DNA of 63,896 nucleotides, filler included, from Octopus bimaculoides (GCF_001194135.2; 10 parts of 9 records of this genome joined end to end with filler, not necessarily neighbours in it); one strand, 5' to 3'. Counted from the first letter of the whole stretch, positions 11,333 to 26,662 are shown. Numbers and translations are program-made. Notes: generated by a model not told the origin, from the letters alone.

Positions 11333-12266
11333 TCCTTGATGGATTACCTCCCATTGACTAGTGAAATCCATCTACCCTTGACACTATTGGATGGCTGTTG
11401 ACTTTCATGGGTACCTCCACCCTTTAATAGCTCTTGTTTTTCATCCCATAAAGCTGAAAAAATCTTTCTCCTCACCAAGAAAACAAGCATGGTGGGGTTG
11501 CTAGTTTAATCACCGATGAGCCGAGCATGCAACAGGTTATGCTGGATTATATGTTACCAGTAGTGCTAGAGCAACGTGTGTGTGTGTGTGTGTGTTTGTA
11601 TTTGTATCCTTATGACTTTCCTTTATGTCTCCTCTAGCCATGATTTTACCACAGTCTTCAGAAGCTTTACGTAGCCATCTGGCAACGATCTCACTTGGCT
11701 TGCCGGGTCTTCTCACGGAAATGTGCTGTGCGTGNNNNNNNNNNNNNNNNNNNNNNNNNNNNNNNNNNNNNNNNNNNNTTAATTAATTAANNNNNNNNNN
11801 NNNNNNNNNNNNNNNNNNNNNNNNNNNNNNNNNNAAACTTTTAAGCCTTTTTTTTAAACCTAACAAAACTCTCAACTCTCATGCATCCTTATTTTTCCTA
11901 CCAATTTATACATGAACTACTATTGAACTACAAAAGCTCAAAGACAATATAATGTATGGGTATATTTATTTTTTTTATATATTATTGTTTTATATATTAT
12001 TTTCTTCATTTTGTACTTTTTTGTACTTCTTTGTAAAAAAACATTTTCATTCTCCTTCTTGATAATTTGCCTCATCGCAATGAAAACCGGTTAGAAAAAA
12101 TCTTTATTAGATTATGCTTCCAGTTCAGCATTCTGGTTTTTTTTCATTTTCCTATTATTTCTCCACGTGCGGTTAACACAACCCCACTATTTACTGACTT
12201 ATATATATATATATATATATAATATTTATGTATACATATAGATATATATGTATATATAGGAAAATA

Positions 12267-12335
<69 letters not shown>

Positions 12336-12374
12336 CAGCAGCATCAGCAGCAGTAGTTGCTGTTTAACTTTAAA

Positions 12375-12992
<618 letters not shown>

Positions 12993-13249
12993 GATGGGGA
13001 GAAAAAGGTGCAAGAAATAGTATCGTCAGTAATGATAGGTGAAGAATATAATAACATCGATTGAGGTTCTATTGTGGACACCAGTGTTATTAGTATTACT
13101 TAGAACGGCACTGAATGTGAATGGTTGTGGAGGGGACAATGTTGATAAGGGTGAATGATGATATTAACTCCGAGAACACTGGATAGGATGTTGTCATAAC
13201 AAGGATGCAATTGATGATGACGGCGATGATAATCCGTTCTACTGGAAGC

Positions 13250-13447
13250 ACAAGGCTTCAAATTTGGCGGAAGGGATTAAGTCGATTAACATCGACCCCA
13301 GTGCATACGTGGTACCATTTTTATCGACCCCGGAAGGATGAAAGGCAAAGTCGACCTCGACGGAATTTGAACTTAGAACGCAGCGGCAGACGGAATACCG
13401 CTTAGTATTTCGGCCTGCGTGCTAACGATTCTATCAGCTCACCACCT
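13250..13447 (-). mobile_element. SINE family C (Deu/Nin-domain-like core GACTTTGCCTTTCATCCTTCCGGGGTCGATAA)
   Basis: The core recurs at ~14580-14780(+), 14800-14990(+), 16060-16232(-), 29242-29410(+), 29425-29545(+), 33770-33985(+), 41160-41330(-), 43262-43465(-), 45440-45560(-), 55230-55420(-). Domain name from memory. Confidence 0.8.
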
Positions 13448-16346
13448 TGACGATGATGGTAATGACGGTGACGATGAAGTCGATCACAAGAGACAACGAC
13501 GACGATGATAACGATGATGATAATCACGAAGAAGAGGAGGAGGAAAGTGAGAACGATGATGGTGTTGATGATGATTAGAAAGAGGAGGTTCACGATTATG
13601 ATAATGATGACAATGACGATGACGATTATGCAAATAGTGGTGGTGATTCCAATGACAAAGAAAATGTTAAAAATCATTTCATTTTTCTGTAGTAAACAAA
13701 ACTACCCCTCTTTTGTACTAGACGATACAAAAAGACTGGAGTCTCCTGGGAATTATATGATGAATATAGTGCGTTTCTTAATCATACCGAACGTTTCATA
13801 TACACACTGATAAGCATTGAGGGAAAGACATTTAACATTAGTACAGCGACAAATACTACCGCTAAAACTACGACGAATACTTACGCTAATGGAGTTCTTT
13901 ACAAACATCTCTCTCACGCACATATGTACAGCAAATCTTACATCCTATCGTCTTACACAGACGAGGATAATTAGATACGCAGGCGTATATATATATATAT
14001 ATNNNNNNNNNNNNNNNNNNNNNNNNNNNNNNNNNNNNNNNNNNNNNNNNNNNNNNNNNNNNNNNNNNNNNNNNNNNNNNNNNNNNNNNNNNNNNNNNNN
14101 NNNNNNNNNNNNNNNNNNNNNNNNNNNNNNNNNNNNNNNNNNNNNNNNNNNNNNNNNNNNNNNNNNNNNNNNNNNNNNNNNNNNNNNNNNNNNNNNNNNN
14201 NNNNNNNNNNNNNNNNNNNNNNNNNNNNNNNNNNNNNNNNNNNNNNNNNNNNNNNNNNNNNNNNNNNNNNNNNNNNNNNNNNNNNNNNNNNNNNNNNNNN
14301 NNNNNNNNNNNNNNNNNNNNNNNNNNNNNNNNNNNNNNNNNNNNNNNNNNNNNNNNNNNNNNNNNNNNNNNNNNNNNNNNNNNNNNNNNNNNNNNNNNNN
14401 NNNNNNNNNNNNNNNNNNNNNNNNNNNNNNNNNNNNNNNNNNNNNNNNNNNNNNNNNNNNNNNNNNNNNNNNNNNNNNNNNNNNNNNNNNNNNNNNNNNN
14501 NNNNNNNNNNNNNNNNNNNNNNNNNNNNNNNNNNNNNNNNNNNNNNNNNNNNCGTTGATGTTGTTGTTGTTGTTGTTAAGATGGCGAGCCGGAGAAATCT
14601 TTAGTACATGTTTAGCAGCATTTTCTCCGTTCATACAATCTGAGTTCAAATTCTTTCGAGATCGATTTTGCCTTCCACCCTTTCGGGGTCGATAAAATAA
14701 GTCCCAGTTGAGCACTGGGGGATTTATGTAATCGACACACTCCTATCCTGACATTGCTGGCCTTGTGCCAAAATTTGAAATTGTTACTATTATTAGGAAT
14801 GAGGTGACCTGGCAGAATCGTTTGCACAAAATTCTTCATGACATTTCATCAGTCTTTACGTTCTGATTTCAAATTCCGCTGAGGTCGACTTTGTACTTCA
14901 ACCTTTTGAGGTTGATTAATGAAATGCCAGGTGGGATCGGTATGATTGACTAGTCCTCTCACCCAAAATTTTATCCCGAAAAAACAATGTGCTCCGTTAG
15001 CAATATAAAACAAATTATTTCTACAAAGTATCCCAGATAAATTGGCATCAGTGCATAAAGCTTTCAGTTCTTCTTTGAACGATAGGGAACGCTCCTAGTT
15101 TAGTAAATCCGAGTGGAAAAGAAGTAGAATATATCCGAAATTATTGACATGTCCCAGAAAAATAATTTGTGGCCATATGTATTTTAAACAAAATTCGGCT
15201 TCACATGGAGGTTTAGGTACAAATTTATGTATTTTCGTTATTACGTATCTTTACAGAATTGTTTTCCGTTCTTTTAGTTCTAAAATGTGTTACGGTATAT
15301 TGAGCATAACGTTTATCTTTTCAGGTTTGTTCATGACTGTCTCCTCCACTTCCAATTGTTCGTGATTTGTGTTGAATGAGATAATGTCGAAAAACTTAGT
15401 AATAATAGCAAAAGAATAATTTTTGCTTTATTTTGTATTTTCACTACTACTGCTATTATTACTATCAATGTTGTTACTGCCATTATTGACGTAACGATGG
15501 AGGTCTTGCTTGTGTTGCTACAGATTGTTGCTATAGCGGAGGCGTTACAATGCACTTTTCTCGAATAAACCTGCAAGCGTCTTTGTTGGGCGTTTCGCTT
15601 TTCTCGTTGTTGCTACTGGTTCTATCATGTTTATTGCATTTGTTATGGCTGTATTTTTTTTTTGTTAAAAACTGAGACCGTACTTGTAGATACTACGTCA
15701 CCTGCAGCATTTTTTGGTTGGAGATGACAGCAGAAATAAAAATGCTATCAACATCAAAACTTTCAATCACCTCATTCTCTAATTACGCCGGTGAGCAATG
15801 ACGAAGCCATTTCAAAAACGGTTATCTATACTTTGAAAAATGTTATTCCATTTAAATTTTTAACAATCATTTTCTATCAATCTCGAAAGGATAACAAGCA
15901 AAGGTTACATCTGTGGGACATGAACGCAGAGCGTAAATTGTCGGGAATATGCGCTAAAAACTTTATGTTATTCGTTAACGATTCTTTCAGCCGGCTCACA
16001 GACTAATATGCAGATATTAAAAACAGAATATAGGAGTTGATGTTGTTTTCAAATTTTAAAACAAGACCAGCAGTTTCGGAGTTGGTAGGAGTAAGTCGAT
16101 TACATCACTCCAGAGTTCAACTGGTACTTATGCTATCAACACCGGGAGGATGAAAGGCAAAGTCAATCCCTTCGGAATTTGAGGACAGAACGTAAGTACG
16201 GACGAAGTGCCGATCAGTATTTTGCCCGGCGTCCTATTTCTGCTTTTCATAGTAGTTAATATTAAGCATATAAATTACAAACAGTAAAATTGTAATACTA
16301 AGCAGCCAAAAGCAGAACAGCAGCAGCAGAATCAGTAGTAGTAGTG

Positions 16347-16410
<64 letters not shown>

Positions 16411-17215
16411 CAGCAGCAGCACTTTTCATGGTGGTGGTGGCTGTGGTGATGCTGGTATTGATAGAAATGATGGTTTTGGTGGTGTGTGCGTTGTGTGTGG
16501 TGTTACTCGCGATAGTGGTAGAGGCCATTCTGGCGGTTTCATACTTACCAATAATTTCTTTCAAAACATTAAACGTTTTAGGTATCTTTGAAACACAGAT
16601 TCATATTTTCAGGAAATAAAAAATCGAACATTTTTTATATATTTGTAATTCTTTTTCTCCTTTTTCTTCTTCTTCTTCTTCTTGTTATTATTATTATGTT
16701 TATTTTTTATTTTCATCATTGCTTTATTGTTGTTGCAACAGTTATCTTCTCCAACACCATTATTAGTATTAAGGTACACAAATGTAGGCTGTGTGATGGA
16801 TGAAATTATAATGATTTACATTACAAAGCAGAAATTTGTATAGACGGTTTTATGATTCATATTTTATTTATCCTATTTTTTTCACTTTAGTATATTACAG
16901 CTTATCATATATGTCCAACAAACAGATATATCCAGTGACTTTCTACATGCGTCTGTATGTATCCTTTACGTAGACTCACAATATTAAATAGTCGCACTGA
17001 AGATGAACTTTATAATTAATTCACATTCGATGTTTTCTCCGGGTTGTTTTTATGTATCAGTGTTTGTACGAATTGACGTTAAGCGAAAGATATTGCGTAC
17101 TATATATATTTTTTTATATAGTTTTGAATCAGCTCTGTTTGTCTATTTACCCTAAGAGGCTGAGAACAATCTGTATACACACACACATATACAAAAACAC
17201 ATGTATGTGGATATG

Positions 17216-17268
<53 letters not shown>

Positions 17269-17417
17269 GACTGGACAGATGGATGGATGGACGGATGGAT
17301 GGATGGACAGACGGACAGACAGGTAGGTATAGATATACATACACATATATGCATGTGTACATACATACATACATACATACATTTGTGTGTGCGTAGGTAA
17401 CGTATACGTATATACAG

Positions 17418-17450
<33 letters not shown>

Positions 17451-19022
17451 TACATATATATATATATATACATGTATTTGTGCATACCTATCTATGAGTT
17501 TGTACAGGGATAACCGTTATACATACACACGCACACATTTATATATATGCATACATGCATATACTTGAATATATTCGTGTGGTCATTTGCGTATGTGTGT
17601 GGGTGTGTATGTGTGTGTGGGTGGGGAAGAGGTGTTTGTACACAAAAACAGAGATAGGGAGAGAATCATGCAACTCGTGCAAGAGTTGATATAGAGTAGT
17701 GTCATTTTACATTTATGTGATATGCACGGATGCAATCTAAGCGGCGCCGATTGGTTGGTTGAATGTATTACGAAATTATACGATTAAGTAACTGACGGCA
17801 TGCGAAAAGAACACGTGTTTCTTACTTAGAGATGTAAATATTATGTTGTGAGAATCTTCAGAGTTAACACTTGTATTGTCACTGACAGAAACGTTAAGAT
17901 TGACGATAGAGAGTTCGAAACCTGTCAGGAACCGCTCTGTTTTCTTTTTTCTTATAGGGACTGGAAACAAACACACACACACACATACATACACACACAT
18001 ACATACACACACACAGAGAACATTTTCACATATAACTCTGCTATTGGATACACGTATGTGTGTACGCCTTTCCGTCATTGAATGTGTGTGCGTGCGAGAA
18101 CGTGTTTATCGGTGGGTTTGAATCAGTGTTAGTATCAATACATAAACAGAAACTAATATTATGCAGTGCTAATACATTCCCAACCGAGGTATCAACATAT
18201 TACCGGTAGCACAACTAATTTCTTAAGTCATTCAACCTTAGCAGGAATCCGGACCACAATAAAACTAGGCGGTTTATATCAAAAGAAACTGAGCGACTGG
18301 CAGCGCATGAAGCGTTATTGAAGATAAATGGACGGTGTTCTTGCATTGACTTACTGGTGATGCAAGGCCACAATGTAATCGCTGCTCTTCATTATGGCAT
18401 TTTAAAATCAAAGATGCTTGATATCAAACCTGTTTCAACACCAATATCAAACTGCGAATGTTTCTATTAATCTGCTTGATTTCAACAGTGCCTCCTTTTC
18501 ATTTTGGGCTCAAACAGAGCTACAAGCGAAAGAGAGGGCAAAACACAAAAGTTCCCAACAGATTTCGTGCAATAAGAACGGCTGAAGTAAAACTTTTTGC
18601 TTGCGTAGATACGAAATGTCCAAGTAATCAAAATCATCTCTGATTAGAGGCGCTCAAAGCTGTGATGACTGAAATACTTCAAACATAGCTGATCAGTAAA
18701 CATTTAATTAATTTATTCCAGTTTCACAAAGCGTTGTACGCAGAAATTTGATATTTATTGTTTAATATATAGGAACGTTTGTTATTTTCAAGCTGTAAGT
18801 AACAGAGTGTAACAACGCAGCAATACGCATCCTAATCGTCTGTTAACATCATTCGCAGCCTAGTGCTGGGCTCGCGCATGCGTGCTTATGTGTGAGTGTG
18901 TGTCTGCGCACATATATGTCTGTGTGTGCCCTAGACATATTCGCAGTAATGTCTTTCCACATTTGTATGTACACAAACGTGTTAAATATAACTACATGCA
19001 CATATATTTAATTATCTATTTA

Positions 19023-19057
<35 letters not shown>

Positions 19058-20134
19058 NNNNNNNNNNNNNNNNNNNNNNNNNNNNNNNNNNNNNNNNNNN
19101 NNNNNNNNNNNNNNNNNNNNNNNNNNNNNNNNNNNNNNNNNNNNNNNNNNNNNNNNNNNNNNNNNNNNNNNNNNNNNNNNNNNNNNNNNNNNNNNNNNNN
19201 NNNNNNNNNNNNNNNNNNNNNNNNNNNNNNNNNNNNNNNNNNNNNNNNNNNNNNNNNNNNNNNNNNNNNNNNNNNNNNNNNNNNNNNNNNNNNNNNNNNN
19301 NNNNNNNNNNNNNNNNNNNNNNNNNNNNNNNNNNNNNNNNNNNNNNNNNNNNNNNNNNNNNNNNNNNNNNNNNNNNNNNNNNNNNNNNNNNNNNNNNNNN
19401 NNNNNNNNNNNNNNNNNNNNNNNNNNNNNNNNNNNNNNNNNNNNNNNNNNNNNNNNNNNNNNNNNNNNNNNNNNNNNNNNNNNNNNNNNNNNNNNNNNNN
19501 NNNNNNNNNNNNNNNNNNNNNNNNNNNNNNNNNNNNNNNNNNNNNNNNNNNNNNNNNNNNNNNNNNNNNNNNNNNNNNNNNNNNNNNNNNNNNNNNNNNN
19601 NNNNNNNNNNNNNNNNNNNNNNNNNNNNNNNNNNNNNNNNNNNNNNNNNNNNNNNNNNNNNNNNNNNNNNNNNNNNNNNNNNNNNNNNNNNNNNNNNNNN
19701 NNNNNNNNNNNNNNNNNNNNNNNNNNNNNNNNNNNNNNNNNNNNNNNNNNNNNNNNNNNNNNNNNNNNNNNNNNNNNNNNNNNNNNNNNNNNNNNNNNNN
19801 NNNNNNNNNNNNNNNNNNNNNNNNNNNNNNNNNNNNNNNNNNNNNNNNNNNNNNNNNNNNNNNNNNNNNNNNNNNNNNNNNNNNNNNNNNNNNNNNNNNN
19901 NNNNNNNNNNNNNNNNNNNNNNNNNNNNNNNNNNNNNNNNNNNNNNNNNNNNNNNNNNNNNNNNNNNNNNNNNNNNNNNNNNNNNNNNNNNNNNNNNNNN
20001 NNNNNNNNNNNNNNNNATAAACTACCTGCATCAACTTACTATAGGAGAAGGTAGTAATTTTACCTTCTACTTATTCTTAGAGAAAGTTTTGAAAAGTGCA
20101 GTTCGATTTTAACAGTTATTTTTTCAAAGATGTA

Positions 20135-20343
20135 ATGGAAATGACTAAGGAGCATATTCAGTATATTTTGAGTTCAATAATGGTAACAACGCAACGGAAA
20201 GTGCGAGGGATATTTATTTAATGAAGTATATGGGGATCGGACAATAAGCGTAAGCCAGTGTCAACGGTGGTTCCAGAAATTTCGAGCCGGAAACTACTGC
20301 CTAGAAGACGACTTTCGTCCTGATAGATCTGTAGAGCTAGACG
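20135..20343 (+). mobile_element. Mariner transposase N-terminal HTH remnant
   Basis: MEMTKEHIQYI..EFNNGNNATESARDI-(fs)-EVYGDRTISVSQCQRWFQKFRAGNYCLED..RP; frameshifted. Confidence 0.8.
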
Positions 20344-20453
20344 GGGGACGTCCCATCGTAACTATTGAGGGCATCGGAGTCTAAGTTTCAATAATTTTAA
20401 CGCTAATAAGTATCTTCTATTCGCTGAATCTCTGGATCTCATCGCTTGTCAAA

Positions 20454-20538
<85 letters not shown>

Positions 20539-20540
20539 CA

Positions 20541-20574
<34 letters not shown>

Positions 20575-20740
20575 TACTGCAATTCAAAATTTAAAAATTA
20601 TAATACAATAACCCTTATTAATATTCCTATAATTTATAAACCCTTAATCTCAATACGTAATCATTACCATGCAACCGACAAATCTTACTAACAATGACAG
20701 GCAGACAGAAGGGTAGATAGATAGATAAATAGATACATAA

Positions 20741-20771
<31 letters not shown>

Positions 20772-20957
20772 CATTTCTTTTATTAGCCACACAGGGCTCA
20801 ACGAAGATGGGACAAATACAATGTAGAGCTTTTCTTTTTGGGAGGGGGAAGGAAGGANNNNNNNNNNNNNNNNNNNNNNNNNNNNNNNNNNNNNNNNNNN
20901 NTTAATTAATTAANNNNNNNNNNNNNNNNNNNNNNNNNNNNNNNNNNNNNNNNNNNN

Positions 20958-21014
<57 letters not shown>

Positions 21015-21224
21015 TATGGGGATCTGGGGTCTGAGCGCTGAGTGTTTCGAAAATCTGCCAATATCATGTTAAGACATGCGCCTGGCTGGGAACACTGTTT
21101 GCCGTTTGTATTGATTGGTCGTCGTAAGCCAAATGGAGGTCTGTGGCCGGGCGTAGATCCGGAATATTCAATCGAAGACCGATTCGCCATTGTTGTCACA
21201 AAACAACCTTCCTAAAAACGGCTG

Positions 21225-21308
21225 CTGCTGCTGCTACTATAACAACATCAGCTACCAGCGCCACTACTGCTACTATTACTACTACTAATACTACTACTAC
21301 TGCTGCTG

Positions 21309-21354
<46 letters not shown>

Positions 21355-21393
21355 TACCACTGCTGCTGCTGCTGCTGCCGCTATTACTACTAT

Positions 21394-21435
<42 letters not shown>

Positions 21436-21584
21436 ATCTACTATAACAACAGCAACAACAACTACTACTACTACTACCACTGCTGCTGCTACTGTTGCTG
21501 CTGCTGTTGCTGTTGCTGCTGCTGCTGCGCCTAATAATTACGATGATGACGATGATGAATACTACGACGGCGAGAGTATGATGG

Positions 21585-21622
<38 letters not shown>

Positions 21623-21925
21623 TCAGTGTCGCCTCTATCTACTGTCATTACCATCACCACGAGTAGGTCCATTGCGACCATGCTACGGCACAACATCATG
21701 CAACATCGCCATCAGGATTGCGAGGTCTTCGCAATACCCAGCTACACTATCAGGAACAACAGTCAACCTCACAAACAGCAATCATGACGATGATGACGAT
21801 GACGATGATGATGATCATCATCATCATCATTATCATCATCATCATCATCATCATCATCATCGTCGTCATCATCATCATCATCATCATCGTCGTCATCATC
21901 ATCATCATCATCATCATCATCAACG
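21225..21925. repeat. Compound trinucleotide microsatellite (CTA/CTG/GAT/CAT)
   Basis: Read directly. Similar blocks at 12270-12360, 16335-16420, 45680-46320, 58700-58915 and 59690-60175. Confidence 0.9.
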
Positions 21926-22060
21926 GCTGCTCGGCTTCTGTTAAACACCCTTCGTATCACATTTCCAATCTTGTTTCCCACAATGTACTAAGTAGGATAT
22001 TTTTGTTTTTTTGTATATTTTGTATTGTATTGTTTGTGAGTCAGTTGGTGTATATTATGT

Positions 22061-22094
<34 letters not shown>

Positions 22095-22104
22095 GCAAGT
22101 TTCG

Positions 22105-22143
<39 letters not shown>

Positions 22144-22329
22144 TTCTGTTTGTTTGTGCCTTAGTTTTTGTTCTGGGTGGGTAAAAATGTCCCGTGTTCA
22201 ACTTTTATCGGTCACCTTGTCTCTAATGTCTTTTGTTACATTACAAAGTTAGTCACTCCGACAACAGTTTTGGGCGTCACCATTCCACCCCAACACGCAC
22301 ACACACACACACACTCCCTTTTATCATTT

Positions 22330-22355
22330 GACACTCTCCCTCTCTCTTCCACTTG

Positions 22356-22393
<38 letters not shown>

Positions 22394-22990
22394 TATATTC
22401 TCTGTCACTATTTTCCTACTCCATCTTCTGTTCTTTTTAACACTTCATTTTCAGCTTCCTCTCTTTGTCTCTTCCTCCGCCTGCCTGTCTCTCTCTTTCG
22501 CTTCACCCCTTCTCTCTCTCTCTCAGTGTCCCTGTCTCCTTCTCTCCTCTTCTCTCTCTCCCTTTCTCTCTCCCTCTATCATCCTCTCTCCCCTTATCCC
22601 TTTCTATCTAACTCTCTCTCCTGTCTCTTTCTTCCTCTGTTTCTCTCTCCTTTTCTATCTTTCCCCTATTGTCTCTCTCCCTCTCTCTCTCTTTCCTCAA
22701 TTGTCTCTCTCCCTCTGTCTCTCCCTCCCACTTCATATCTCTCTCCCTCCCTCTTCATCTCTCTCTCTCTCTCTCTCTCTCTTATTACCTCACCCACCAA
22801 TAATTGCCCTTTTAGAACAACTTCGAAATTTACGCCCAATGCGATGTTCTTATTATCTACACTGTACTCTACACTTGCCAATCCCTCTCCCGCTCTCTCT
22901 CCCTCACACACACACACACACCGACAATCTCTCACTTTTTCTTCCCCCACCCTTTCTGTCTATCTGTCAAGTCTCCCCCTCCACACACTC
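22330..22990. repeat. Long degenerate polypyrimidine (CT-rich) tract
   Basis: About 650 bp dominated by CT/CTT units on the + strand. Confidence 0.85.
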
Positions 22991-23179
22991 GTCGTTACCA
23001 CCATATATCTCTCTTTCTTATCCTTTTAACTCTCCCAGGCGGTTCCACGAGTCCAACAGATATAGGTCGCGGTATTCGACATAAATTATGAGGGGATGTG
23101 TATAGGGACGAACACGGGTCAGTACATACATACATACATGCAAACATACATACATACATACATGCATACATACATATAA

Positions 23180-23223
<44 letters not shown>

Positions 23224-24590
23224 CACACATACATGGATACATATGTACGTATATTTGATGGCGTGTGCTCATCAATCGCTCAATAATCATTACATATATA
23301 TANNNNNNNNNNNNNNNNNNNNNNNNNNNNNNNNNNNNNNNNNNNNNNNNNNNNNNNNNNNNNNNNNNNNNNNNNNNNNNNNNNNNNNNNNNNNNNNNNN
23401 NNNNNNNNNNNNNNNNNNNNNNNNNNNNNNNNNNNNNNNNNNNNNNNNNNNNNNNNNNNNNNNNNNNNNNNNNNNNNNNNNNNNNNNNNNNNNNNNNNNN
23501 NNNNNNNNNNNNNNNNNNNNNNNNNNNNNNNNNNNNNNNNNNNNNNNNNNNNNNNNNNNNNNNNNNNNNNNNNNNNNNNNNNNNNNNNNNNNNNNNNNNN
23601 NNNNNNNNNNNNNNNNNNNNNNNNNNNNNNNNNNNNNNNNNNNNNNNNNNNNNNNNNNNNNNNNNNNNNNNNNNNNNNNNNNNNNNNNNNNNNNNNNNNN
23701 NNNNNNNNNNNNNNNNNNNNNNNNNNNNNNNNNNNNNNNNNNNNNNNNNNNNNNNNNNNNNNNNNNNNNNNNNNNNNNNNNNNNNNNNNNNNNNNNNNNN
23801 NNNNNNNNNNNNNNNNNNNNNNNNNNNNNNNNNNNNNNNNNNNNNNNNNNNNNNNNNNNNNATATATACGACGGGCCTCTTTCAGTTTTCGTGTCTGTCT
23901 AATCCACTCACAAGGCTTTTGTCGGCTCGAGGCTATAGTAGAAGACACTTGCCCAAGGTGCCACGCAGTGGGACTGAACCTGGAACCGTGTGGTTGGTAA
24001 GCAAGTTATGTACCACACATCCACTCCTGCGCCTATTTATAAAACCCTCGCATTAGTCGTACACAAGCCAGTACATACGACCGCCAACACGATGACTCGC
24101 TCCGCTAAAAATAGCAACCAAATCATTAATATATACATAATATACACCACAGACATCACTAAATAACGTCTATCCAATTAAGATAAACCAATTCTGTGTA
24201 AATTATGTAAATTATCTTTCCAGTTTAATTAGTATTTAAACCAAGATGAGACTGTCTTTGTAAGCAACGAATAGTTACGTAAAACAACCAATGCTTTTAG
24301 CTTTAATACCAACTATATTAGTTTGAGTGTCGGCATGCAGCGTTTTCTCCATTGATCCTATTAGTGGAGATGTTTGGCGTGTATGATCGATGTTTAATGT
24401 GAGGAAAGGACACGTCGGTGTTTCTCCAAATATAATTACACTTATATCACAATATCACATTGTTTGCCCAGAAGGATTGCGTGGGAAACAGAAAATTTTA
24501 GAACAGTTATGAATGACTTTATTTCTTTGTCTGTCTGCCTGTATGTATGTATGTCTCTGTTTGTCTGTCTGTCTGTGTCTCTCTCTCGGC

Positions 24591-24658
<68 letters not shown>

Positions 24659-24849
24659 TTATTTATCTATCTATCTGTCTGTCCTTCACGTTCTCACTGA
24701 ATCTAACATCTCTTGTCGAGGAATGAAGAAGGAAGAATTGGAAGGAGACAAATAGAGGCCTAGTTAGTTGTAATGGGTTGCGAAAACACAGACACAAACA
24801 CACGCACATACTCATACATACACGCTGATAGATTTTTATTCATATATAT

Positions 24850-24902
<53 letters not shown>

Positions 24903-26332
24903 AATATCCATAGATATCTAACTACCTATCTGTCTGTCTCTCAGTCTGTCACTTGTTCTCTCTCTTTTCTTATATATGTGTGTGTGTGTGTGCGTGTGTG
25001 TGTATTTACGTGTATTATATATGTATGTGTTTACGCATATATGAATGAATGCCTGTGTGTATGTGTGTATGTGTACGTTTCTATGAGGTGTCTCTTGTGT
25101 ATAAGAGATTTCATTATACCCTATTTTACGTAAGCTGAGTTATCTTTCACCTACATTACAAAATTAAAATAAATTAAATCGACACGTTGTTGTTTCAGTC
25201 AGTCTTCCTTACAAATGTTTCTTCCGGTCTCTTCTCTTATTACAAGTTTAAACACTTCACCGCCATTCCATGGCCGCATTCATCGATATAAAGCATTCAG
25301 ATTGAAACGGACACAACGAACCTACATACATATATTCACACATATACAATTAAACATATACACCAGTACCTAGGTTTTCAAACGACTCTGATTACGAATA
25401 AATCGAGCTTTATAAATATATATGATTGATGGCCGTCCACTCGTGACCGAGGAAGACCATTACTGACCTTCAGGAACATTGTGTGCTCAAGGACCAACTT
25501 ATATTTTGAATTTGCGGCTCCGTTGGTGGCTAATATATATNNNNNNNNNNNNNNNNNNNNNNNNNNNNNNNNNNNNNNNNNNNNNNNNNNNNNNNNNNNN
25601 NNNNNNNNNNNNNNNNNNNNNNNNNNNNNNNNNNNNNNNNNNNNNNNNNNNNNNNNNNNNNNNNNNNNNNNNNNNNNNNNNNNNNNNNNNNNNNNNNNNN
25701 NNNNNNNNNNNNNNNNNNNNNNNNNNNNNNNNNNNNNNNNNNNNNNNNNNNNNNNNNNNNNNNNNNNNNNNNNNNNATATATATATATATATACATAAAT
25801 ATATACATACATATATATACGCACACACGTTTCTCTATGTGTGTGCGTGTGTGTGTCAGTCTGTCTGTCATGTTTGCTTGTGTGTGTGTGTGTGTGTGTA
25901 TGTATGTGTGTGTTTGTTTGTGTCTCAAGCACTATTTACTCAATTAACTAAATAATTATAAGCCAAATGAATCTAAACGATATATTATAACAATTTCCTA
26001 ACTAATTATTCATACTATTTCAAGAGACTTGTTTGAAAACAAGGAAATTAAACTAACAAATATAATTATGCTGAATACTTTTTACATTAAAAACCATTAT
26101 ATTTGTATGAAACCAATATCATAAACAACTTTACCACAATAACAAGTATTTAGTACATATGTCTATACTCGAAATAATATATTTATAGATAGGTGCAGTT
26201 GTGGCTGTGTGGTAAGAAGGTGAACCTGGGACCAATTGGTCCTGGGTTCAGCGTCACTGCGTGGCACTTTGGGCAAGTGTATCCTCCTAAAGCTTTGGGC
26301 GATACATACTGAACATTAATTGTGGAACAATA

Positions 26333-26662
26333 AAAGAAAGGAGCACTCCGTCGGTTACGACGACGAAGGTCCCAGCTGATACGATCAACGGAACAGCTTG
26401 CTCGTGACATTAACGTGCAAGTGACTGAGCAATCCACAGACACGTGTACCCCTAACGTAATTCGCAGGGAGATTCAGCATGACACACAGTGTGACATGGC
26501 CGGCCCTTTGAAATACGGTACAACTAATTTTTGACAGCTGACTGGACTGGAGCAACGTGAAATAAAGTGTCTTGCTCAAGGACACAACGCGTCGCCTGGA
26601 ATTGAACTCACAACCTTACGATCGTGAGTTAGGATGCCCAAACCACTAAGCCACGCGCCTTC
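26333..26662 (-). mobile_element. SINE family B2, full length
   Basis: 14-bp TSD ATTGTGGAACAATA (26319-32 and 26663-76). Confidence 0.9.

Noticed and set aside
17805-17866. Minus-strand CTGAAGA...GAA-ACACGTGT hammerhead-like pattern
   Set aside because: Stem I does not pair and stem II is only 2 bp; CACGTG may just be an E-box-like palindrome.
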